Source of the DNA: Cenarchaeum sp.
GTDB lineage: Archaea > Thermoproteota > Nitrososphaeria > Nitrososphaerales > Nitrosopumilaceae
Assembly: GCA_965206845.1 (NCBI GenBank)
Contig: OZ242221.1
Coordinates: forward strand, 1,408,001 to 1,472,000
Length of the DNA: 64,000 nucleotides
Reading direction: 5' to 3'
Both the position numbers and the translations under genes were made by a program. The notes under the pieces are model-generated. The model ran no database searches. It was not told where the DNA came from and worked only from the letters and a program-made list of their open reading frames with translations. This document shows, piece after piece, positions 1-10,118 of the stretch (position 1 is its first letter; every line of letters begins with the position of its first letter).

Positions 1-127
1 CCAACGAGGACAACCGCAATCCGGACGCCTAGCATGCCTGGCGCGCACCCGGACTTTAGAAAGCAGCCTTGACGTATGCAGATATGTTGCCAGGGTATGA
101 CGTCCTGCCAGAAGTGATGCGGCGCCG

Positions 128-628
128 CTATACTCCCAGGCGCGTCCTTGCGCTGTCGGGAATTATTAGCAGTATCCTTCTCTTGGCCCCTGGGTCCAGT
201 CCGGCGACTATGTCCCTGACGGTTCCGGCTATGGTGTCTCTCTCCCCGGGCTTGAGCATGCCGTATATCTCCAGTATGCCGTCTAGGTTGAACCGGATGA
301 GCGCCTGCGGATCCTTGGCTGCGGCGTCGATGTACCTGGCAAAGATCTGCCGCCTCTGATCCTCTGAGAGCGTGCAGAGCACCTCAAGCCACGTCTGAAA
401 CAGCCTGGCAAAGTTGGGAAACGGTATGGTGGGGCCCGCCTCCAGCGCGTTGCCGACTATCTCGTCCTTCTCTGCCTCTGACATTCCAAAGAACTCCAGC
501 AGCCTCCTCCTCAACATCGGCCTTCTGAGAAAGTCCGGAAGGCTGGCAAGGTTCACTATGATGTTGCCCGCGTAGTTTTGGCCTTCCAATGCAGAGTCCC
601 CGGGCACGTTCGAAATAAACTCTGGCAT
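128..628 (-). CDS. Conserved hypothetical protein (thaumarchaeal type)
   Basis: 166-aa ORF with protein-like composition, 24 bp downstream of the 653-1444 gene on the same strand. Confidence 0.75.
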   Translation of the reverse strand: MPEFISNVPGDSALEGQNYAGNIIVNLASLPDFLRRPMLRRRLLEFFGMSEAEKDEIVGNALEAGPTIPFPNFARLFQTWLEVLCTLSEDQRRQIFARYIDAAAKDPQALIRFNLDGILEIYGMLKPGERDTIAGTVRDIVAGLDPGAKRRILLIIPDSARTRLGV

Positions 629-652
629 CTCTTTACGCTGCGGGCGGCAGCT

Positions 653-1444
653 CTAGTCCCGGAACCGCTCCTTGTTGTACTCGAACATCTCCAGGCCCCT
701 CAGGCGCACGGCTCGGGATGCATTGCCCCTGACATAGAGATATGCGTCCTTTTCGTGGTGTACGTACAACGGCTTGCTTGCAGGGCGCACACTGATTATG
801 CATATGGCCTTGCCCTCCCTCTCTGTGAATCCTATGTCGACCTTGTTTAGGACAAACACCCTGTCCTGCAGGATGCCTGTCAGGGTGTCGTAGATGTGGT
901 TTGCAAATTTGTCATTGTAGTCTGCAAAGCTACCTATCTCCTTGTCTCTCTCCAGACCGGCGACTATGCCGTCGTCTCTTACCCCCAGGTACACGAATCC
1001 TCCGTCGCGGTCGTTGCCCAGTGAGCACACCGCAACGGCTATCCTCTCCCTGCCCGGCCGCTTCTTCTTCTCGATTATCTCCATTCTTTGGCCCTTTGGC
1101 ACCGAGGCCGGAATCTCCTCCATGCTCTTGTCATACTGGTAGAACTCCTTGAACTCGTTGTGTTTGTCCTCTGACTGCGGGATCAACATTTTGTCCAGAT
1201 CGGAGTGCGGCGGCATGTCGGTGATCCCGCCGTTGCCATGCGCATCGGCATCGAGAATCCTCTTGACGCGGCCGATGTGGCCACCGTCCAGCTCTACCTT
1301 GATGCCGTGGGGATGGAACTTGGAGGACGTCAGGATCCTTTTGACTGTGCCGGTGGTTAGCCTGCCGGTTCCTTGGTTCCGCTTTGTCTCTATGCCGACC
1401 TTCTGCTCCTTCCTGATGTCAGAGTTGTTTCTGCCGTCTGTCAA
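653..1444 (-). CDS. YwbE/DUF2196-like domain fused to Schlafen/AlbA_2 domain
   Basis: N-terminal TGRLTTGTVKRILT..HPHGIKVEL..GHIGRV is YwbE-like; C-terminal EDKHNEFKE and AVCSLGN..GGFVYLGVRDDG are AlbA_2 motifs. Confidence 0.75.
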   Translation of the reverse strand: MTDGRNNSDIRKEQKVGIETKRNQGTGRLTTGTVKRILTSSKFHPHGIKVELDGGHIGRVKRILDADAHGNGGITDMPPHSDLDKMLIPQSEDKHNEFKEFYQYDKSMEEIPASVPKGQRMEIIEKKKRPGRERIAVAVCSLGNDRDGGFVYLGVRDDGIVAGLERDKEIGSFADYNDKFANHIYDTLTGILQDRVFVLNKVDIGFTEREGKAICIISVRPASKPLYVHHEKDAYLYVRGNASRAVRLRGLEMFEYNKERFRD

Positions 1445-1547
1445 GCATGTGGCGCTATGGCGATAGGATACAAAAGCGTATTTGTCGGCGCGGATCTTCC
1501 TGCCCTGATCGATTCAGCTTAAATAAACGGCAATCTGCCCGTATGGC

Positions 1548-2555
1548 ATGCCTTGTACCGTTGTCGTGGGCGGATTCTTTGGTGACGAGGGAAAGGGAAA
1601 GATCATCTCGTATCTTGCGCTGCAGGACAAGCCCGACATAGTGGTGAGGGGCGGCGCCGGCCCCAACGCGGGGCACACCATAAGGGACGGCTCCCGAACC
1701 TACAAGGTGAGGATGCTGCCCAGCGGGTTTCTCAGCGCCTCTTCCCGTGTCATGGTGGGGCCAGGCGTGGTGGTGGACCCGCAGGTGTTCCTCGGGGAGG
1801 TGAGTGACTTTGGCGTGCAGGGCAGGGCGTTTGTTGACCGGAACGCAGGCATCATCGAGGACGAGCACAGGCGCCAGGACTCACAGGGCAGGCTGCAAAA
1901 GAAGATTGGAAGCACCGGATCGGGCACGGGGCCGGCAAACGCCGCCCGGGCGATGAGGACGCTGGGGCTGGCGCGGGATCGCGACGGGCTGTCGGCGTAC
2001 ATCGTGGACGTTCCAGCCGAGGTCAACTCGGCGCTGGATTTGGGACGCGGCGTGCTGGTGGAGGGGACACAGGGCACGTTTCTGTCCCTGTGGCACGGAA
2101 CGTACCCATTTGTGACCTCCAAGGACGTGACCGCCTCGGGCATTTGTGCAGACATAGGCCTGGGCCCCACGCGCGTCGACGAGGTCATGGTTGTGTTCAA
2201 GTCGTACGTTACGCGGGTGGGTACGGGCCCGCTCGCCGGAGAGATGGACGCAGGCTCCGTCGCCGAGAGGGGCTGGGGCGAGTTCGGCACGGTAACGGGT
2301 AGGCCGCGGCGAGCGGCAGACTTTGACTTTGACCTTGCGGCAAGGGCCGTGATGCTCAACGGCGCGACACAGCTTGCTATCACAAAGCTGGACACCAGGT
2401 TTCCAGAGTGCGCCGGCGTGACCTCGTATGACGGGCTGACACCGGAGGCCCGCTCATTCATCGATGCCGTGGAGAAACGACTGGGGGTTCCGGTCGTCCT
2501 GATAGGCACGGGCCCCATGGTCGAGCAGGTCGTGGACCGGCGCGTTGATGCATGA
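1548..2555 (+). CDS. purA: Adenylosuccinate synthetase (short archaeal type)
   Basis: GDEGKGK, GPNAGHT, EGTQG, GTVTGRPRR and TKLD motifs; TTAAATA box about 25 bp upstream. Confidence 0.97.
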   Translation: MPCTVVVGGFFGDEGKGKIISYLALQDKPDIVVRGGAGPNAGHTIRDGSRTYKVRMLPSGFLSASSRVMVGPGVVVDPQVFLGEVSDFGVQGRAFVDRNAGIIEDEHRRQDSQGRLQKKIGSTGSGTGPANAARAMRTLGLARDRDGLSAYIVDVPAEVNSALDLGRGVLVEGTQGTFLSLWHGTYPFVTSKDVTASGICADIGLGPTRVDEVMVVFKSYVTRVGTGPLAGEMDAGSVAERGWGEFGTVTGRPRRAADFDFDLAARAVMLNGATQLAITKLDTRFPECAGVTSYDGLTPEARSFIDAVEKRLGVPVVLIGTGPMVEQVVDRRVDA

Positions 2556-3070
2556 AGGACAGACCACCTTCTGCCAAAAGGGTGTCAAAGCTGCCGGCAT
2601 TCATCCATGCAACTGCCTTCTTCTCCGGCAGAGGCCAGTCACCGGTCAAATGCTGGCCGTATGCAGGATCGGCGCCATGCGCATGACAGGAGACGTTATG
2701 GAACCACTGAGTGTCCAGACCGTGCCGGCTCAGGATTGCTCCAGGCTGGCTATTTGTGAACTGGGCCCAATGGCCTGCATGATGCCGGCGGATCGTGTGT
2801 TCCTTTAGACAGGTGCCGCCCGGATCATGAGGTATGGCAGGGAAGCATTCCAGATGCCAGCCGTCGGGCCCTCAAGATCGGTTCATCTGCGCTGTTGGAG
2901 CTTGGCCGGGCATCCCCTGACGCTACGGGCGGTGCTATGCTACCTGCTGTGGATTCGGATATTCCCGCAGGCTGGGATGGCTCAAAGCTCACGCAGGATA
3001 TGGAGGACTCTGGCCAAGTCCAGATAATGCGGCGGAGCCAAGCGTTCCGCCAACCAGCATGGGCGCAAGA

Positions 3071-3508
3071 CTAGATTTTTGACCTGACAAAATCATAATC
3101 ATAACAGGTAACCTCCAGCTTGTTTCCGTCAGGATCGTCAAAGTAAACTGAATATGATATATCGTGATCTACCAAATCCTCTTTAGCGGTTTTATGCTTT
3201 AGGTAAAACACATCCATGCTGTCTAAACGGTTAATAAAACCTACAAATTTCTCTCCGGAAGCTCTAAAGGCCATCCGGTTGATGGATCCGTCGTTCTCTT
3301 TTGTACCATTTATCAAAGCAATCTTGACTGACCTGTCTTTGTTTCCAATGAACAAGGGGCCAATCTTTGACCATATGTCCATTTCCGTAATTGGGATTAA
3401 CCCAAAAACATGTTCATACCATTTTGCGGCTTTGATCCTGTCCCTCACAAAAACCTCAATGTGATCGATATCATCTATGGAAAAATCAGTCATAACATTC
3501 CCCGCCAT
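3071..3508 (-). CDS. VOC/glyoxalase family protein
   Basis: IDHIEVFV..WY..VFGL and YFDDPDGNKLE motifs; visibly AT-rich compared with flanks. Confidence 0.85.
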   Translation of the reverse strand: MAGNVMTDFSIDDIDHIEVFVRDRIKAAKWYEHVFGLIPITEMDIWSKIGPLFIGNKDRSVKIALINGTKENDGSINRMAFRASGEKFVGFINRLDSMDVFYLKHKTAKEDLVDHDISYSVYFDDPDGNKLEVTCYDYDFVRSKI

Positions 3509-3944
3509 TTTGTGGATGGCGCTTTTTTCGAAAACCTAGCATAGTCGCAAACAATCAAACTGGTTTAGCCTTAATAACAGCATCGGCATGGTGCCGCTTG
3601 CCGCACGGGATCTGGCGCGAAGATTCTTCCAAATGCGCACACGCATACCTGAATGAAGGATGTGGCCTCATATACAGATCACTCCTGCGGGGCGGGTTCC
3701 GGGAACAGGCATGGCATCAGGCGGGAAATGCGGCCGCGTCCGGTACCGGCAGCCACTGGAGATCGGCACGGCCCGTATGAACATAACCGGTGCGGAACCC
3801 GGACCGCGCGGACAGCCGTACCTAGGCTGGCCGCCGGGATGTCATACCTGTAGGATGCTGGATGCGGGGGGCGTGATGCCAGGAGTTCCCACAGGGCAGC
3901 TTTTTCGGGTTAGGTTTAATTTGTCTGCGCGTGCCCGTACCCGT

Positions 3945-4607
3945 ATGGTCGGCAGTCCCAGATACGTGGAGTTGGAGTCGCGCCTTGACTTCTCCCGCTT
4001 GGTGTGCGCGCTGGAGGCCGCCCCCAGGATATCATTTCTGCACGAGCATATGGGCAGAATGGTCATGTCGGCGCATCTTGATGTGCTGGTGGACAGGCCG
4101 GTAGTCTACTACACCCCGGTGGAGCAGACTGGCCGGTACCTTTCCTACGGAATCAGGGGGGGCCGGGAGGAGACAGACATCGTGGACTCGATATCTGACA
4201 GGTCAAAGATGTACTCCCCGCTCATCAGGATAAAGTCACTCCCGGAGAGCCTGAGGCCGGGGAAGGGGGATGATGACAGGTATATGCGCCTTGAGCTAGA
4301 GGACTTGGACAGCCTTGCAAAGCTCAGCTACGGCGCCGAGAACTCGCTTCCGCTGTTCCTGTTTCCCGAAGGCAATGGGTGGTACTTGGGGGCGTTCATG
4401 AACTTTGGCGAGGATGACGACGATGCGTACTTTTGCTATGTTTCACTTGGTGAGGATCCCAAGAAGCCGTTCCTTAAGCATTCGGCCAACAACGGCGCCG
4501 AGCCGTCGTTTGTTGACAGTCCTGCGGATCACGGCTACTCCTACGTCAAGATCATAAGGTTGAGGGACGCGCACCCGCTGATCGAGCATGTCAAGCTTCA
4601 AAACTAG
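3945..4607 (+). CDS. Conserved hypothetical protein upstream of pyrF
   Basis: ATG at 3945 in frame with the 3660 ORF, TTTAAT box at about 3915; overlaps the pyrF start. Confidence 0.7.
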   Translation: MVGSPRYVELESRLDFSRLVCALEAAPRISFLHEHMGRMVMSAHLDVLVDRPVVYYTPVEQTGRYLSYGIRGGREETDIVDSISDRSKMYSPLIRIKSLPESLRPGKGDDDRYMRLELEDLDSLAKLSYGAENSLPLFLFPEGNGWYLGAFMNFGEDDDDAYFCYVSLGEDPKKPFLKHSANNGAEPSFVDSPADHGYSYVKIIRLRDAHPLIEHVKLQN

Positions 4608-5313
4608 GCTGAGCCGGGCCGCGGGGCGCGGCGGGCGCATAATTCTTGCATGTGACTACGCTGCTGGCGCCGAAACCCGTGCGGTAGGGGACATAGGGCT
4701 GCTCTCAGATCATATCTGCGGGATAAAGCTGAATCTTCACCTGCTGCTCCCTCTGGGGGCGGGTGACGTGGCCAGGATAACCCGGAAGGCGCACGACTGC
4801 GGACTTGAGTGCATCGCCGACATCAAGCTCAACGACATCGGCAGCACGAACCGCGTCGCGCTGCAGGCGCTGTGGGGCATGGGCTTTGATGCCGTAATAG
4901 CAAACCCCATCATGGGCGCAGCAAGCCTGAAGGATGTGGCGGATCTCTCCCATGACGGCGGGCGCGGCGTCATATCCCTGTGCCATATGAGCGCGCCTCA
5001 GGCCGCTGGCATGTACGAGATGGACGTGCGCCACGATGGCCGCCTGGTGCCGCTGTATCGCGCGTTTCTTGATGTGGCAGCATCCTGCCGGGTCGACGGC
5101 ATCGTCGTGGGTGCCACGTTCCCGGAGATGATCCGTACCTGCAAGGAGTCGTACCCGGACCTGCCGGTCTTCTCGCCCGGCGTGGGCATCCAGGGCGGTA
5201 GCGCCGGAGATGCAGTGTCTGCCGGCTCGGACTACTTGATTGTGGGCAGGAGCATCCTGGAGTCAGACGATCCTGTTAGGGCTGCTGCGGAACTAAGGGC
5301 CCAGAGTCTCTGA
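4588..5313 (+). CDS. pyrF: Orotidine 5'-phosphate decarboxylase
   Basis: DIKLNDIGSTN (DxKxxDIxxT), PGVGIQGG and IVGRSI motifs. Confidence 0.95.
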   Translation: MSSFKTRLSRAAGRGGRIILACDYAAGAETRAVGDIGLLSDHICGIKLNLHLLLPLGAGDVARITRKAHDCGLECIADIKLNDIGSTNRVALQALWGMGFDAVIANPIMGAASLKDVADLSHDGGRGVISLCHMSAPQAAGMYEMDVRHDGRLVPLYRAFLDVAASCRVDGIVVGATFPEMIRTCKESYPDLPVFSPGVGIQGGSAGDAVSAGSDYLIVGRSILESDDPVRAAAELRAQSL

Positions 5314-5721
5314 GAGATGGGCAACTGCCTTGCTCAGGGTGTTTCTTGCGTTGTCATATGTTGTCTTCTTGACTGCGCCCTCAAAGTCCAGCCAGACGTA
5401 CCCGGTGTGCTCGTGGGAGATGGTTACCTTCTTGGTGCGCGACTCGGCCAGAAAGAAGATCACCCTCTTGTGGATTGTCCTGCTGCCTCGTGTAAAATCG
5501 TACCTGATGACCTCCTGGAACCCGTTGACAAACTGCAGGTCGCGTATACCGGTCTCCTCCCGGGCCTCCCTTATTACGGTCTGGCGGGGCGTCTCGCCCT
5601 TCTCCATCTTGCCCTTGACGAGATCCCAGTGTCCTGCCGGGTAGTGCAGCAGCAGGTACACCAGCCCGCCCTGCTCCTTCCTGAAGATTACCGTTCCTGC
5701 CGATACAGTCAGTGCCGTCAC
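5293..5721 (-). CDS. NUDIX hydrolase (Ap4A hydrolase-like)
   Basis: HWDLVKGKMEKGETPRQTVIREAREETG Nudix box; SHEH motif. Confidence 0.9.
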   Translation of the reverse strand: MTALTVSAGTVIFRKEQGGLVYLLLHYPAGHWDLVKGKMEKGETPRQTVIREAREETGIRDLQFVNGFQEVIRYDFTRGSRTIHKRVIFFLAESRTKKVTISHEHTGYVWLDFEGAVKKTTYDNARNTLSKAVAHLSETLGP

Positions 5722-6500
5722 CTGCCCAGCCTGCGCCTGCGCTTCTGGTATGTCCGTATGGCCCTCATGAGATCGATCTTCCTGAACTCGGGCCAGAAGA
5801 TATCTGTGAACATGAGCTCGCTGTAGGCGCTCTGCCAGAGGAGAAACCCGCTGAGCCGCTTCTCGCCGGAGGTCCGGAGTATCAGGTCGGGGGCCGCCTG
5901 GGGCAGGTGCGACGTGTACAGGTTGGACTCGATCTCCTCCTTGCTTATGTCGTCCACGCTCAGGTCCCCCCGCTGTATTTTGTTCCCTATCTTCCTTACT
6001 GCATCCACCAGCTCGTCCTGGCCCCCGTACGCCATGGCTATGTTGAGAAAGTGGTCGCTGTACTCCCTTGTGGCCTCATCGAGCCTGTCCAGCACGTCCC
6101 GGATCGACTGTGGGAGGAGCTCGAGCCTGCCCATGGCCTTTACCCTCATGCGGTTCCTGTGTATCCTGGGATCCCTGTACAGCTTCTCCAGCCGGGACCG
6201 GATTAGCTCGTAGAGGTGCTGCAGCTCCTCGTCATTGCGCGACAGGTTCTCAGCCGAGAGAGCGTACAGCGTGATTATCTTTATGTCAAACTCCTCGCAC
6301 CAGTCCAGGAGGTTCTCCACGGCGTCCGCCCCCCTCCAGTGGCCCGCCCTTGCCAGGGCAAAGTTCTTTTTTGCCCACCGCCTGTTGCCGTCAAGTATGA
6401 GCGCCACGTGGCCTGGCCTGTCGTCCCTCTTTATCTCGTTCTCCAGCCTGCGGGAGTACAGCCGGTACAGGCCGGGAAGGATAGATGTAAATCTGGTCAT
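5718..6500 (-). CDS. uppS: cis-prenyltransferase (polyprenyl diphosphate synthase)
   Basis: HVALILDGNRRWA, SAENLSR and RTSGEKRLSGFLLWQ motifs. Confidence 0.96.
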   Translation of the reverse strand: MTRFTSILPGLYRLYSRRLENEIKRDDRPGHVALILDGNRRWAKKNFALARAGHWRGADAVENLLDWCEEFDIKIITLYALSAENLSRNDEELQHLYELIRSRLEKLYRDPRIHRNRMRVKAMGRLELLPQSIRDVLDRLDEATREYSDHFLNIAMAYGGQDELVDAVRKIGNKIQRGDLSVDDISKEEIESNLYTSHLPQAAPDLILRTSGEKRLSGFLLWQSAYSELMFTDIFWPEFRKIDLMRAIRTYQKRRRRLGR

Positions 6501-6872
6501 CTGATCTCCGGTATGTGTTCTAGCTCATGTGTACTTATCAGTTTTTGTTCTATGTGCGATTGTCTATTGTACGAAAATTAGGCCCACATAAGATCAGACG
6601 TAGCATAAAGGATTGCTTTGTCCTTCACTGATCAAGAGAAAGAGTGGTAAAACGACTGACTGCAGATGCCATACGATATGCAATAAGGTAGCACAAGAGG
6701 GACAAAAGTGTATTATAATGGCATCAGAACCACGTGCTACATCTAGGCATACTAGGAGGCTGCGTGCCGGGTAAGAGTCCCGGCTGGAATTACTTTATGA
6801 AAGCGATCTGACGTCTGAACATCTGTCATGTCCACTACGCTCATAACTCATACCTGAATCCACACATGTTGT

Positions 6873-8306
6873 CTATGGCAGCAATTCTACATTAAATCCA
6901 TAATCTCTACAGTTTGTGTAATGATGAATGATCTCTGACTCCCACCCACTTCCAATGTTTAACATATCCAGAGATATTTTGAACTTACGAACCGTATCGT
7001 AATACCTCACGTTTCTCTTAATCAACTCGTCTCTAAACTCTGGCTGTGCAAGCGAGTTGCTTTTTTTACAGTTGCATTTCTGGCAAGCCAGAACCAAGTT
7101 CCATACGCTGTCATCAAAGATGTATGACCACGGGATAAAGTGATCTACGTGTATGGAGTCCATCTCAAGCATGCTACAACAGTAAAAGCAGTGATTACTG
7201 TGCTGCAAGAGTACAGTTCTCGAATTTATCAAGGATCCTCTTTGTACATGAGCTGCCTCAATCTTTGCTACCAGTTTGGGTATTGTGTTGATCCTCTCTA
7301 GATACCTGGTCCATTCTACTAGAACTACTCTTAATAGCAAGCCATAATTTGCACTAAAAAATTCAAACGCCTCTGGCCTTAGGTAGATCTTCTTCTTGTT
7401 GTCATCATAATCATAAAAGAGCTTACGCTCCTCTGCACTGACGCCCACACGTATCTTTTGAAATTTGGGAACCACTAGTGATGTATTATTTCTAGCATGG
7501 CCGAAGACTTTCCTGAGTATTTTTTCCTCCGCTGTTTTTACATCCTCTTCCTTGAGAAGATCAAAGGAGTGAGGAGCATTCTCATCAAAAACATCTTGGA
7601 TTGTTTTGATTACCCACAGTCTGCTGTTTGTCTTAAAAGTCTGTTTTATCTTGAATATGCACTCCTGATGCCAGTAGTATCTTAGAAAACGGCTTGCGAG
7701 ATATTCGTAGGGTATGCTGCAATAGTCGGATGTACTGTGCGTGACATTGGTCTCGTGGCAATAGTCTAGAATGGCCCTGGCAAGTGCAAACTTGTATGTG
7801 CCGTCCTTGCGCCCACTCGTCAGTATAGACAAGAATGCTTGCCTCATTTCGGCATCAGAGGCGCGTCCCGTCGTGTCTGATTGGTGGGTTTGCACATGTG
7901 GTCTCTCCATGATGCTCATCTTCAGCTCATCCACTGGCGAGCCAGATGTCTGTGCAAGCCGCCATATTCCAAAACTACTGTTGCCTTTCCAGTCTTTTAG
8001 TAAACCGGCGTGTCTCAACTTAGATATTCGTCGTGATATGGCGGTGGGAAAGTCATTTGATGCTCTCTTTGGTCCCCACAGGCTGGGATGCATCTTCAGA
8101 CTTGCTGCTACGAATATGTTGAGATCTTTCTTGTTGTGCCATACAGACCTGTTACGATACTCCATCTGGGATGCATCTCCATTATATTTACGGCCTCGTT
8201 CTGCCTCGATCATACCTATAGTTTTGCCTTTTTGATTTAGTGCCTTCATTACAAGATCTGGTATTAATTCATACGGGATCCTGCTTGGCGTTCTTGCAAA
8301 TGCCAT
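6873..8306 (-). CDS. HNH endonuclease with N-terminal winged-helix-like region (putative restriction/defence nuclease)
   Basis: C-terminal CFYC..HVDHFIPW..NLVLACQKCNCKKSN; middle TYKFALARAIL segment; AT-rich. Confidence 0.85.
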   Translation of the reverse strand: MAFARTPSRIPYELIPDLVMKALNQKGKTIGMIEAERGRKYNGDASQMEYRNRSVWHNKKDLNIFVAASLKMHPSLWGPKRASNDFPTAISRRISKLRHAGLLKDWKGNSSFGIWRLAQTSGSPVDELKMSIMERPHVQTHQSDTTGRASDAEMRQAFLSILTSGRKDGTYKFALARAILDYCHETNVTHSTSDYCSIPYEYLASRFLRYYWHQECIFKIKQTFKTNSRLWVIKTIQDVFDENAPHSFDLLKEEDVKTAEEKILRKVFGHARNNTSLVVPKFQKIRVGVSAEERKLFYDYDDNKKKIYLRPEAFEFFSANYGLLLRVVLVEWTRYLERINTIPKLVAKIEAAHVQRGSLINSRTVLLQHSNHCFYCCSMLEMDSIHVDHFIPWSYIFDDSVWNLVLACQKCNCKKSNSLAQPEFRDELIKRNVRYYDTVRKFKISLDMLNIGSGWESEIIHHYTNCRDYGFNVELLP

Positions 8307-8507
8307 ACATGTGTGTGGATTATCGGATTTAAAAAATAACTGGTGTATAGCTCAATGGACATACGCTGTCACAACTAAGTTTGAGATCACTTCATCGTGA
8401 TTTTGAGCACTATTGCTCACAAATTTAGTCGTAGTGGCACAGGTGCAGGCTTGTTATGGTCTCTGACTGCTATGCATGGGACTGTTGTATGAAATACATC
8501 TTCATAA

Positions 8508-10118
8508 ATGCGATCGGTCGCAAGATATGTGGTGGCAAAATGGACAACGCTGGGACTGGCACTCCTTGCAGCGGGATTCAGCACGGCTCTGGCACTTGGG
8601 GAGCTCGAACCGTTCCAGTCGCCCTACGAGCAGTACGCGCAGGGCACGCCGATATGGGAGATTCAGTGTGCAGACTCGAAGGTCCTGATGCAGTCTCCCG
8701 GTGGGGCGCCGGCTTGTGCGTACCACTCCTCCGCTGACCGGTTGGTGCAGAGCGGATTCACCATAGTGGGGCCTGCCGGATCCGGGGATCTCACACCACA
8801 GGAGACGCCGGCAGGGCACGCCTATGCGGGCGGCGGGCAGGTTCCCGACGGCGAGGGTGTCAAAGAGGGCGTGTCCGTGATGCACAGGGTGGTAGTTCCG
8901 GATTCTATCGATATAGGACAGACGGCATCCATAACGTACACCTTCTCCTGGTTTTATCCGAACGGAACGCCCGTACCAGGGGAGGATCTGTTCTGGGTAC
9001 CGGAGTGCATACACGAGTCCGGGGGCATATGCTGGGAAGTCCCCACGCCTGAGGAGCTGCGAGAGAAGCCCAGGCGCAACGTGCTAAACAGGATTCTGAT
9101 CTTCGTCCCAGACGAGTTTACCGTCCTGAACGGGGACAAGCGGGCCGTGGACAGGCGGGTTGATACTCACACTCCCCACGGCGGCACCTATTACAGGATC
9201 GACGTACCGCAGTCTGACATCACGGTGGGCAATATCGACATAAGACTGGACAGGCAGCTGTACCACAACAGGGACATGATGAAGATCGTCGTCGAGGGCG
9301 GCCATGAGTACTACTTCCAGACACAAAGAACGGATGACGGCGCCAGGCTGGTTGGGCGCGGCGCGCTGACTGACCAGTATGACATCCGGCAGGCCAACTA
9401 CACAACCCACGGATACCTGTCCGAGTACGGATCCGCTGATCCCTATGGCAGGTATGACGAGACACATTACGTGCGTCCTGACTACAAGCCTGACAGAACA
9501 GTCGCCGTGGCATCCGAACCTGATCAAGCGGCCATGTACCCTCCTAGGGAAGACTGGGCCCATCTTGCCGAGTTTGTGCGCTCCCAGATACAGCCCAGAA
9601 GCATTGCCGATGCAGGCGCTTGGCTGCTGGCAAGCGGCCTGTCCGAGGAGTTTGTGCACGACTTTTCTGCAGAGTATCCGGAGCTTGACATGGCACGGGA
9701 CAGCCCAGTTTACCCAACCGGTGCTGCTCCTCCTCCGATACCCTTTGTTCCCGGTCACCACATGTCACTAGTCACAGACAAGCAGGTCTACAAGCAGGGC
9801 GAGCCGGTCACCGTCCGCATCATAAACACCGGAACACGTACCCTGAGCTTTCCCACCACCGGCTATGGGTTTGGGGGCACCGATGCGTACGGCTCCGTCA
9901 CATTTTGGAGCGGCGGCGGAGAGGTGATAACGAACATCGCGCCCGGCTCGGAGGCACCGCGCGTGTGGTGCCCAACGGCAGATTATGCAAACCCGGCCCC
10001 GCCGGGCGTCTATCACCTGCACTCGCTATCATACTCGACCGGAGCATCGGTCACCATCACGGTTGAACAGGCTCCGGCCGCGTCCCCGTGCGAGGGGATC
10101 GACTGGCCGATGTGGTGA
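8508..10118 (+). CDS. Secreted protein with SPxxQ/Cys N-terminal module and C-terminal Ig-like domain
   Basis: Hydrophobic signal peptide; SPYEQYAQG..IQC..PAC module; LVTDKQVYKQGEPVTVRIINTG..PGVY Ig-like segment. Confidence 0.7.
   Translation: MRSVARYVVAKWTTLGLALLAAGFSTALALGELEPFQSPYEQYAQGTPIWEIQCADSKVLMQSPGGAPACAYHSSADRLVQSGFTIVGPAGSGDLTPQETPAGHAYAGGGQVPDGEGVKEGVSVMHRVVVPDSIDIGQTASITYTFSWFYPNGTPVPGEDLFWVPECIHESGGICWEVPTPEELREKPRRNVLNRILIFVPDEFTVLNGDKRAVDRRVDTHTPHGGTYYRIDVPQSDITVGNIDIRLDRQLYHNRDMMKIVVEGGHEYYFQTQRTDDGARLVGRGALTDQYDIRQANYTTHGYLSEYGSADPYGRYDETHYVRPDYKPDRTVAVASEPDQAAMYPPREDWAHLAEFVRSQIQPRSIADAGAWLLASGLSEEFVHDFSAEYPELDMARDSPVYPTGAAPPPIPFVPGHHMSLVTDKQVYKQGEPVTVRIINTGTRTLSFPTTGYGFGGTDAYGSVTFWSGGGEVITNIAPGSEAPRVWCPTADYANPAPPGVYHLHSLSYSTGASVTITVEQAPAASPCEGIDWPMW

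Noticed and set aside
6766-6784. GCCGGG-N7-CCCGGC hairpin resembling a tRNA T-arm
   Set aside because: Loop lacks TTC and no cloverleaf can be built around it
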